Origin: an uncultured Chlamydiae bacterium
Lineage (GTDB): Bacteria; Chlamydiota; Chlamydiia; Chlamydiales; Parachlamydiaceae
Assembly (NCBI GenBank): GCA_963754655.1
Contig: CAVWGN010000001.1
Coordinates: forward strand, 2,496,001-2,560,000
DNA length: 64,000 nucleotides
Direction: 5' to 3'
Positions 21,680-30,708 of this stretch are shown here, one piece after another. The translations under genes and the position numbers were made by a program. Positions within the stretch are counted from its first letter, which is position 1, and each line of letters begins with the position of its first letter. The notes under the pieces are model-generated. The model ran no database searches, was not told the DNA's origin, and saw only the letters and a program-made list of their open reading frames with translations.

Positions 21680-23713
21680 TTAATTAAACAAACCATTGGT
21701 ATAGAATTTGAGTTGCAAAAATCTGCTACAGCGAAGCACTTGCACATTTGGCAGCTTAGGCAGGCTTTGCAGATTAGAACATTCGCGGCAGTCAAGCTCT
21801 TGCACATTTGGTAGCTCAGGTAGGCTTTGCAGATTAGAACATCTGTTGCAGTTAAGCTTTTGCACATTTGGCAGCTCAGGCAGGCTTTGCAGATTAGAAC
21901 ATTCGTGACAGTCAAGCTCTTGCACATTTGGTAGCTCAGGTAGGCTTTGTAGATTAGAACATCTGTTACAGTCAAGCACTTGCACATTTGGCAGCTCAGG
22001 CAGGCTTTGCAGATTAGAACATTCGTGACAGTCAAGCTCTTGCACATTTGGTAGCTCAGGTAGGCTTTGTAGATTAGAACATCTGTTGCAGTTAAGCTTT
22101 TGCACATTTGGCAGCTCAGGCAGGCTTTGCAGATTAGAACATTCGTGACAGTCAAGCTCTTGCACATTTGGTAGCTCAGGTAGGCTTTGTAGATTAGAAC
22201 ATCTGTTACAGTCAAGCACTTGCACATTTGGCAGCTCAGGCAGGCTTTGCAGATTAGAACATTCGTGACAGTCAAGCTCTTGCACATTTGGTAGCTCAGG
22301 TAGGCTTTGTAGATTAGAACATCTGTTACAGTCAAGCACTTGCACATTTGGCAGCTCAGGCAGGCTTTGCAGATTAGAACATTCGTGACAGTCAAGCACT
22401 TGCACATTTGGCAGCTCAGGCAGGCTTTGCAGATTAGAACATTCGTGACAGTCAAGCACTTGCACATTTGGCAGCTCAGGCAGGCTTTGCAGATTAGAGC
22501 AATAGCCGCAGTCAAGTTCTTGCACATTTGGCAGCTCAGGCAGATATTGCAGACTAGTGCACCAGCTGCAGTCAAGCTCTTGCACATTTGGCAGCTCAGG
22601 CAGGCTTTGCAGATTAGAGCAATCCCAGCAGTAAAGCCTTTGCACATGTGGCAGCTCAAGCAGGCTTTGCAGATTAGAGCATCCGCTGCAGCTAAGCTCT
22701 TGCACATTTGGCAGCTCAGGTAGGCTTTGCAGACTAGAGCATGCGCAGCAGTCAAGCTTTTGCACATTTGTTAGCTCAGGCAGGCTTTGCAGACTAGAGC
22801 ATCCGCTGCAGTTAAGCTTTTGCATATTTGGCAGATCAGGTAGGCTTTGCAGATTAGAACATCCGCAGTAAAGCTTTTGCACATTTGGCAGCTCAGGCAG
22901 GCTTTGCAGATTAGAACATCCGCTGCAGTCAAGCTCTTGCACATTTGGCAGATCAGGTAGGCTTTGCAGATTAGAACATCCGCCGCAGTCAAGCTTTTGC
23001 ACATTTGGCAGCTCAGGTAGGCTTTGCAGATTAGCACATCCGCTGCAGTCAAGTCTTATGAGACTACTTGCCTGATCTGGCAAATTTCTTATTTTATCCG
23101 ATTTAATTATTAATTGATTAAGATTTGGACACTGTTTAAATAATTCTTCAATATCGCTTTCCTCTACGTCCGGAAATTCTCTTAGGTTTGCTCCTGTCAA
23201 ACCATGATCGATCGCATACTGAACAGCCTCTTTTGCAGTGTTGCATCTATATTTTTTAAGAGAAACAAGCTGCTCGCTAGCCCATTCTTTTTCCTCATTT
23301 TTTGCAATCTCGCTCAATTGCTTGGAAAGATGCATCTTTTCCAATCCACTTTGAACTCCTCCCTTTTTATAAGGAATTTCAGAATCGCGTGGAGGAATAT
23401 AAGAATAGATTTTCCTCCATAATTCTTCTGGCAATTGAGAAAGCTCGTTAGAGAACACGTTCTCAGGTTTTGGCTCAGTGTCGTTATTTGCAGGTGAATT
23501 GGGATTGACATAAGGAGGAAGATCTAATTCCTCGAGATCTAATTTTTTCCCTTTATACTGTCGATAAATAAAAAATAGAGCTGTGATTGCACCAAAAATT
23601 GCAAAAACAACAGCCGCAATTTTTGCATATTTTTGAGTTGCTTCTGAAAAATAACTGCTAGTTGTCAAATCGCTTTGTAACTGTTGAAGATTAGAAGGAA
23701 TAGATGGGAACAT
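21680..23713 (-). CDS. TM + F-box-like + LRR protein (copy A2, about 22-23 repeats)
   Basis: As A1; internal amplification of alternating CHEC/CNRC repeats. Confidence 0.88.
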   Translation of the reverse strand: MFPSIPSNLQQLQSDLTTSSYFSEATQKYAKIAAVVFAIFGAITALFFIYRQYKGKKLDLEELDLPPYVNPNSPANNDTEPKPENVFSNELSQLPEELWRKIYSYIPPRDSEIPYKKGGVQSGLEKMHLSKQLSEIAKNEEKEWASEQLVSLKKYRCNTAKEAVQYAIDHGLTGANLREFPDVEESDIEELFKQCPNLNQLIIKSDKIRNLPDQASSLIRLDCSGCANLQSLPELPNVQKLDCGGCSNLQSLPDLPNVQELDCSGCSNLQSLPELPNVQKLYCGCSNLQSLPDLPNMQKLNCSGCSSLQSLPELTNVQKLDCCACSSLQSLPELPNVQELSCSGCSNLQSLLELPHVQRLYCWDCSNLQSLPELPNVQELDCSWCTSLQYLPELPNVQELDCGYCSNLQSLPELPNVQVLDCHECSNLQSLPELPNVQVLDCHECSNLQSLPELPNVQVLDCNRCSNLQSLPELPNVQELDCHECSNLQSLPELPNVQVLDCNRCSNLQSLPELPNVQELDCHECSNLQSLPELPNVQKLNCNRCSNLQSLPELPNVQELDCHECSNLQSLPELPNVQVLDCNRCSNLQSLPELPNVQELDCHECSNLQSLPELPNVQKLNCNRCSNLQSLPELPNVQELDCRECSNLQSLPKLPNVQVLRCSRFLQLKFYTNGLFN

Positions 23714-23749
23714 TAAGGCCTCTTATTGTTTAGTGACGAAGCTGTAAAT

Positions 23750-25005
23750 TTAATTAAACAAACCATTGGTATAGAATTTGAGTTGCAAAAATCTGCTACA
23801 GCGAAGCACTTGCACATTTGGCAGCTTAGGCAGGCTTTGCAGATTAGAACATTCGCGGCAGTCAAGCTCTTGCACATTTGGTAGCTCAGGTAGGCTTTGC
23901 AGATTAGAACATCTGTTGCAGTTAAGCTTTTGCACATTTGGCAGCTCAGGCAGATATTGCAGACTAGTGCACCAGCTGCAGTCAAGCTCTTGCACATTTG
24001 GCAGCTCAGGCAGGCTTTGCAGGTTAGAGCATCCGCTGCAGTTAAGCTTTTGCACATTTGGCAGCTCAGGCAGGCTTTGCAGATTAAAGCATTCGTAGCA
24101 GTTAAGCTCTTGCACATTTGGCAGCTCAGGCAGGCTTTGCAGATTATAACATCCGCTGCAGTCAAGTTCTTGCACATTTGGCAGCTCAGGCAGGCTTTGT
24201 AGATTAAAGCACTTGCTGCAGTTAAGCTCTTGCACATCTAGCAGTTCAGGTAGGCTTTGCAGACCAGAACATTCGCTACAGTTAAGCTCTTGCACATTTG
24301 GCAGCTCAGGTAGGCTTTGCAGATTAGCACATCCGCTGCAGTCAAGTCTTATGAGACTACTTGCCTGATCTGGCAAATTTCTTATTTTATTCGATTTAAT
24401 TATTAATTGATTAAGATTTGGACACTGTTTAAATAATTCTTCAATATCGCTTTCCTCTACGTCCGGAAATTCTCTTAGGTTTGCTCCTGTCAAACCATGA
24501 TCGATCGCATACTGAACAGCCTCTTTTGCAGTGTTGCATCTATATTTTTTAAGAGAAACAAGCTGCTCGCTAGCCCATTCTTTTTCCTCATTTTTTGCAA
24601 TCTCGCTCAATTGCTTGGAAAGATGCATTATTTCCAATCCACTTTGAACTCCTCCCTTTTTATAAGGAATTTCAGAATCGCGTGGAGGAATATAAGAATA
24701 GATTTTCCTCCATAATTCTTCTGGCAATGGAGGGGGCTCGTTAGAGAACACGTTCTCAGGTTTGGCTCAGTGTCGTTATTTGCAGGTGAATTGGGATTGA
24801 CATAAGGAGGAAGATCTAATTCCTCGAGATCTAATTTTTTCCCTTTATACTGTCGATAAATAAAAAATAGAGCTGTGATTGCACCAAAAATTGCAAAAAC
24901 AACAGCCGCAATTTTTGCATATTTTTGAGTTGCTTCTGAAAAATAATTGCTAGTTGTCAAATTGCTTTTTAAATGTTGAAGATTAGAAGGAATAGATGGG
25001 AACAT
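23750..25005 (-). pseudogene. TM + F-box-like + LRR protein (copy A3, about 10 repeats), frameshifted near 24761
   Basis: ORFs 24628-25005 and 23750-24751; tttggctcag here versus ttttggctcag in paralogs. Confidence 0.8.
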
Positions 25006-25533
25006 TAAGGCCTCTTATTGTTTAGTGACGAAGTTGTAAATTTAATTAAAAAAAACAATTTTTAAATTACATTGTTTGAAAGTTTAATTAATTCTTAAAT
25101 TAATTTCAATTTAATTTATAATATTTTCCAGTCAATACGCAGTTACGCAATGTAATCGATTTAAAGAAATTCAATGATGCTCTAAGCAGCGTTAACTGCC
25201 TACACATCAAGCTTAAGCTAAGAGAGGAAACCAGGCGGAGATATTATCAAAAGTTGTTGATTTTTAGAATAAGGAAAGCATAACCTCAATACATTTTCGA
25301 CAATTAATCAAAAATTTCAAAAAGAGGCAACGCCATAAAAGAGAGTGTCATAAGACCAGCGTGTTTTGTCCTAATAGGATATGAATGAAGAATGCTTGCA
25401 AGTGAATATGCCACAATTTCTCTTGTAGTCTTTCAGACTACGATAGGAGTGTGTCTTTTTCCCAGGCCGCTGGCTTGGGCTATTTCACTTTAGAGCCCTT
25501 CAGGCTCAAAACGCCTTGATTAGCCAGCCTAGA

Positions 25534-26196
25534 GCCGGGACTTAACAAAGAACTTTTTTGGGCTTGATATTCTTCATGTCAATTTAACAACACCCCGCCT
25601 GTAACAGGCTTTAAAGGCATACTTCCCGAAAATGACGGGAAAAACATCAAAGCCCAAAACAGTTCTTTGTTAAGCCCCGGTCATAGGCTAGGAAGGAAAT
25701 GCTTCTGGCAAACTCCAGAAGCTAAATTTGTCGCTCAAGCGGCGTTAGCCGCGCATGGATAGTAGCCGTGGGTGTAGGCGCAAGCCGGAACCCACGGTGT
25801 ATGGTAAAAAAAATGAAGCCACGTTAGTGGCGTAGGAAATTGATGGTGGAGCAATGTTTATTTAAACGAATGCTACGCCACTAACGTGGCTCAAATTTGT
25901 TTTTTGGGTAACCGTGGGTTTCGGCTTGCGCCTACACCCACGGCTACTATCCATGCGCGGCTAACGCCGCTCGTCGCTGAGGGAAAGGATATGGATCAGG
26001 CAACATTGCAAAAACAAAGATAAAAAATTCCGATTACCTAGCCATATGCCGGGACTTAACAAAGAACTGTTTTGGGCTTGATAATTTTTCGCGTCATTTT
26101 CGATAAATATGCCTCTAAATGCTGTTATAGGCGGGGCGTTGTTAAATTGATACGAAGAATATCAAGCCCAAAAACAGTTCTTTGTTAAGTCCCGGC
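25534..26196. repeat. Composite palindrome: inverted MITE pair (25534-25681, 26048-26196) around REPIN-B
   Basis: Direct sequence comparison; same block at 32555-33217. Confidence 0.85.
25739..25970. repeat. REPIN-like palindrome, family B
   Basis: gcggcgttagccgcgcatggatagtagccgtgggtgtaggcgcaagccg...gccacgttagtggcgtag inverted at 25873-25970; second copy 32760-32991; half copy 18194-18282. Confidence 0.88.
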
Positions 26197-26289
26197 CCAG
26201 AGCGAAGCGGCGTGGCGAATGAAGGCGTCGCTTAACCTAGCGCTCGCTCTTAGCTTGATCCGTATATCCTCCGAGATTAGGCTCAAAAC

Positions 26290-27400
26290 CTAATGTAACG
26301 AAGTATTAGATCTTATATACCTATCAAGAAGTGCCACAAGTTTTTTCTCATCAAAATGATTCATGATCTGAGCAATATAGAGATCGGGTCTAATCAAACA
26401 CATTCCATGCTTTTCCGCACAACCATACAATTTAGAAATAGAAAAATCACTGTCTAAAATGAGAGGGCAAAGGTTTGGATGAATCTCTTTAGGACTAATC
26501 AAGAAACAAGCGATTGTGTTCGAATAATTTTGCTGAACCTTTTCTATGAGCATCTTTAACTGACTGATATCCTCTTCTTGAATATATGATCCTGTAAATA
26601 ATAAAAGATTGTGATAAGGGTGGCGAAAATAATCATAAAGGCGTTGAGAGGAATTGGCAATAGACAGATCGGGAGCTCTTTCTCCTGGCTGAGGAGCCTC
26701 TTTTTTAACGTTCGTTTGATAATCAATAATGGGACTTTGCTTATAACGAATAGCAAGTTGAGTGATCATACTACTCAATTTACTTTTTAAAAATTGACTA
26801 CGTCCAATCACATTGTGGATTAAACTATCTCGAATGTTAAGCAATATAGAGTTTGAAACTGAACCCATCTTTGTTAATCTTTCTGTCACACGGATAATGC
26901 TCTTAATGATTGGGTAGCGCTCATCTTGGTAACTTTTTAATAATAAAAAAGGATAAGCTTGGCCTTTGATCACCAAAGCTAATTTCCAAGCCAGATTATA
27001 AGCATCTTGTATTCCTGTATTCATTCCTTGTCCTCCAGCGGGAGAATGGACATGAGCAGCATCGCCTGCAATAAAAACATTTCCTTGAGACATACGACTT
27101 GCAATTTTACTATGAATCCAAAATGGAGAGAGCCATACAATCGTTTTTACCTTGAAAAATCCTTTAGATCGATTATGAACAAGTTCTTGCATCTCTTCTG
27201 CAGTGGTTTTATTTCAATTCTTGCCTTCTCATATTCGCAATGACACGATAAAGATGATTTCCCAAGGGAAAACAAGCCAACACCTTCCCATTCCCCAAAA
27301 ATCCATCTCCTTTATCTTGAGATAAGGGATTCTCTAGTATCATATCAACTACTAAATATTCTTCTGGCAGATCTTCTCCTGAAAAAGGAATATGGCATTT
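26290..27400 (-). pseudogene. 5'-truncated, frameshifted FAD monooxygenase duplicate
   Basis: Copy of 33311-34423 with small deletions near 27205-27230. Confidence 0.88.
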
Positions 27401-27703
27401 GGTTTTGTCGTTGAAAAGTTTGCCTTGTTTCTCAAGCGACTCTCTTTTCTTTTAGGAGAAGCGCATTTGTCAAAACATCCTTACGCATCCAATCCAATTC
27501 AAGAAAATTCGTCAATTTTTGGAACTTTTCTTGTGGGCCTTGGTGCTTTAATAGGTCTTCTCGCATTTATCAAATACAAGCATGTTGAAAAACAAATAGC
27601 ACAAGGAAAATATCAATTTTCTATTTTGTTAGAGATCATGTTGACACTTTCCGTGCTCGCTGTTGGCATTTTTCTTATCATTTACCTTCTTGAAAGTATT
27701 TGA
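27392..27703 (+). pseudogene. 5'-truncated DUF202 duplicate; open frame starting at the junction ATG
   Basis: MAFGFVVEKF... equals the C-terminal 103 aa of DUF202 and lacks the ANERT motif. Confidence 0.8.
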
Positions 27704-27780
27704 GACAACCCTTCCTGAAAAATTCATCTAGCTGGATGAAGCCATTCAACGGTAACTTCTTGCTCCTTTTAATAATTGAG

Positions 27781-29454
27781 TCAAGTTCGCAGATTAGAGC
27801 AGCCACTATAGTTAATCTTTTGCAACTTTGGTAGCTCAGGTAGGCTTTGCAGATGAACGCAATCGCTACAGTCAATCTTTTGCACATTTGGAAGCTCAGG
27901 AGGCAGGCTTTGCAGATTATTACACCGATTGCATTCAAGCACTTGAACCTTTGGCAGCTCAGGTAGGCTGTACAGATTGGAGCAAAAGTTGCATGTAAGC
28001 TCTTGTACGTTTGGCAGCTCAGGTAGGCTTTGCAGCTTATCGCAATAGCTGCAGTCAAGCTTTTGCACATTTGGCAGCGCAGGAGGCAGGCTTTGCAGAT
28101 TACGACAAGAGCTGCAGTCAAGCTTTTGCATATTTGGCAGCTCAGACAGGCTTTGCAGATTGTGGCAAACGTGGCATGTAAGCTCTTGCACGTTTGGCAG
28201 CTCAGGTAGGCTTTGCAGCTTATAGCAATAGCTGCAGTCAAGCTTTTGCACATTTGGCAACTCAGGAGGCAGGCTTTGCAGCTTGTCGCAAAATCTACAG
28301 TCAAGCACTTGCACATGTGGCAACTCAGGCAGGTTTTGCAGATTACGACAATAGGTGCAGTCAAGCTTTTTCACCTTTGGCAGCTCAGGTAAGTTTTGCA
28401 GATTATAGCACTGGCTACAGTTAAGCTTTTGCACATTTGGCAGCTCGGGCAGGCTTTGCAGATCATAGCAATCGCTACAGTAAAGCTTTTGCACATTTGG
28501 CAGCTCAGGTAGGCTTTGCAGCTTAGAGCAAGTGCTGCAGTAAAGCTTTTGCACCTTTGGCAACTCAGGTAAGTTTTGCAGATTAAAGCATCCGCGGCAG
28601 TCCAGCTTTTGCACATTTGGCAGCTCAGGCAGGCTTTGCAGATTATGACATCTGCGACAGTAAAGCATTTGCATATTTGGCAGCTCAGGTAGGCTTTTCA
28701 GATTAGAACATCCACTGCAGTCAAGCCTTATGAGACTACTTGCCTGATCGGGCAAATTTCTTATGTTATCCGATTTAATCATTAATTGATTAAGATCTGG
28801 ACACTGTTTAAATAATTCTTCAATGTCGCTTTCCTCTAAATCCGGAAATTCTCTTAGGTTTGCTCCTGTCAAACCATGATCGATCACATATTGGACAGCC
28901 TCTTTTGCAGTATTGCATTTATATTTTTTAAGAGAAACAAGCTCTTCGCTCGCCCATTTTTTTTCCTCATTTTTTGCAATCTTACTGAATTGCTTGGAAA
29001 GATACATATTTTCCAATCCACTTTGAACTCCTCCCTTTTTATAAGGAATGTCAAATTTACGTGGAGGAATATGGGAACAGACTTTACGCCATAATTTTTC
29101 TGTTAATTGAGGGAATTCAGTGCTAGTTTCTCGTTCAGCAAAATCAGGAACAATGGGTAAACAAGCAATGTCTTGTCTCTTTCTATTTATTTCCTCTTCT
29201 TCTTGTTTGGCTGCATTATCTAACAGATTTGCAGGTGAATTGGGATTGATATAACAAGGAAGATTTGATTCCTCGAGATCTAATTTTTTCCCTTTATACT
29301 GGCGATAAATAAAAAATAGAGCTGTGATTGCACCAAAAATTGCAAAAACAACAGCCGCAATTTTTGCATATTGTTGAGTTCCTTTTGAAAAATAACTGCT
29401 AGTTGTCAAATCGCTTTTTAACTGTTGAAGATTAGAAGGAATAAATGGGAACAT
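27781..29454 (-). CDS. TM + degenerate F-box-like + LRR protein (copy B2, about 16 repeats; last residues lost to a 1-bp deletion)
   Basis: Paralog of B1 with two extra repeats; ends NLRT* versus NLRNLTQLLKGARSYR. Confidence 0.86.
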   Translation of the reverse strand: MFPFIPSNLQQLKSDLTTSSYFSKGTQQYAKIAAVVFAIFGAITALFFIYRQYKGKKLDLEESNLPCYINPNSPANLLDNAAKQEEEEINRKRQDIACLPIVPDFAERETSTEFPQLTEKLWRKVCSHIPPRKFDIPYKKGGVQSGLENMYLSKQFSKIAKNEEKKWASEELVSLKKYKCNTAKEAVQYVIDHGLTGANLREFPDLEESDIEELFKQCPDLNQLMIKSDNIRNLPDQASSLIRLDCSGCSNLKSLPELPNMQMLYCRRCHNLQSLPELPNVQKLDCRGCFNLQNLPELPKVQKLYCSTCSKLQSLPELPNVQKLYCSDCYDLQSLPELPNVQKLNCSQCYNLQNLPELPKVKKLDCTYCRNLQNLPELPHVQVLDCRFCDKLQSLPPELPNVQKLDCSYCYKLQSLPELPNVQELTCHVCHNLQSLSELPNMQKLDCSSCRNLQSLPPALPNVQKLDCSYCDKLQSLPELPNVQELTCNFCSNLYSLPELPKVQVLECNRCNNLQSLPPELPNVQKIDCSDCVHLQSLPELPKLQKINYSGCSNLRT

Positions 29455-29711
29455 TAAGGCCTCTTATTATTTAGTAACGAACTTCTAAAATTAATTAAAA
29501 GAAAAAATTTTTAAATTAACTTGTTTGGAAGTTTAATTAATCCATAAATTAATTTCAATTTAATTTATAATATTTTTTCAGTCAATACGCAGTTACGCAA
29601 TGTGATCGATTTAAAGAAATTCAGGCATAGTTCAAACAGTTTTTGATTGCTTAGATAGGTTATCACAAACTTTTAGCTAAAGAGCTATGCATCTATATTC
29701 CTGCAGTCACC

Positions 29712-30050
29712 TTAATGTGATAGTGATGCTACTTTCTTACGATGTACTTTAATTGGTTTAGCTTTATAAAGAGGTTTAATTGCCTTGGGTTGCTTTTCAT
29801 TTTCTTCCACCCATAGATCATATTTTTGCTGGAGATTTAGCCATAAATTTGGTGTTGTATCAAACGCCGCCGCTAAACGAACTGCGATGCTAGGAGTGAC
29901 CGCACCTTTACCTGAACGAATCTTGAAAAGTGTATTTCTTGATATTCCAAGGTTGTTCGCCAACTCCTGTAAATTCAAATTGAGAATCTTAATGTAATGC
30001 TCATCTAATATAGTTCCAGGATGAGTGGGCTTTCTTTTCTTATCGCTCAT
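29712..30050 (-). CDS. higA: HigA-family antitoxin (HTH)
   Basis: THPGTIL, AVRLAAAFDTTPNLWLNLQQKYDL. Confidence 0.9.
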   Translation of the reverse strand: MSDKKRKPTHPGTILDEHYIKILNLNLQELANNLGISRNTLFKIRSGKGAVTPSIAVRLAAAFDTTPNLWLNLQQKYDLWVEENEKQPKAIKPLYKAKPIKVHRKKVASLSH

Positions 30051-30058
30051 ATTGACTC

Positions 30059-30340
30059 CTAATGATAATCTACCAAGTCAACTTCATAAGCCTCACCATT
30101 CTCGAATTTGAAAATAATGGTCCAATTGCCATTGACATGCACTGAATAAAATTCTTTTAGATCTCCTTTTAGTGGATGAAAATCAGAACCAGGAAAATTC
30201 ATGTCCTTTGGATTAATAGCGGCATCAAGTCTATCTAGAATCAATTCTATCTTATTTGCAAGTGATGGAAAGATTCCTGATTTGTCTCCAGTTTCAAAAA
30301 ATTTTTTCAGTCCCTTATTCTTAAATTTTCTGATAGTCAT
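30059..30340 (-). CDS. higB: HigB-family toxin (plasmid maintenance killer, RelE fold)
   Basis: KGLKKFFETG, FHPLKGD, YSVHVNGNWTIIFKF, DYH C-terminus; toxin-first order. Confidence 0.9.
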   Translation of the reverse strand: MTIRKFKNKGLKKFFETGDKSGIFPSLANKIELILDRLDAAINPKDMNFPGSDFHPLKGDLKEFYSVHVNGNWTIIFKFENGEAYEVDLVDYH

Positions 30341-30360
30341 TCCAATCTCCACTAAATACC

Positions 30361-30389
30361 AGTGTAACCTAAAAGGTTACATATGTCAA
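30361..30389 (-). promoter_or_regulatory. higBA promoter with overlapping palindromic operator
   Basis: Minus strand TTGACA-17-TACACT; palindrome TGTAACCT-aaa-AGGTTACA at 30363-30381. Confidence 0.75.
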
Positions 30390-30420
30390 TTGAGATTATC
30401 GGTAGCCTGCTAATCAGCCT

Positions 30421-30672
30421 CTTTTTATTTGGCTGCATTGTCTACAAGATTTGCAAATGAATGGGGATTGACATAAGGAGGAAGATCTGATTCCTCAGAT
30501 CTAATTTTCTCTTTAGAGTGGTAATAAATAAAAAATAGAACTGTGATTGCACCAAAAATTGCAAAAAAACCGCCGCAATTTTTGCATAATTTTGAGTTGC
30601 TTCTGAAAAATAACTGCTAGTTGTCAAATCGCTTTGTAACTGTTGAAGATTAGAGGGAATAAATGGGAACAT
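30421..30672 (-). pseudogene. Decayed N-terminal fragment of a TM-F-box-LRR gene
   Basis: MFPFIPSNLQQLQSDLTTSSYFSEATQNYAKIAAV then frameshifts; truncated just before the higBA promoter. Confidence 0.82.
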
Positions 30673-30708
30673 TAAGGCCTCTTATTGTTTAGTGACGAAG
30701 CTGTAAAT

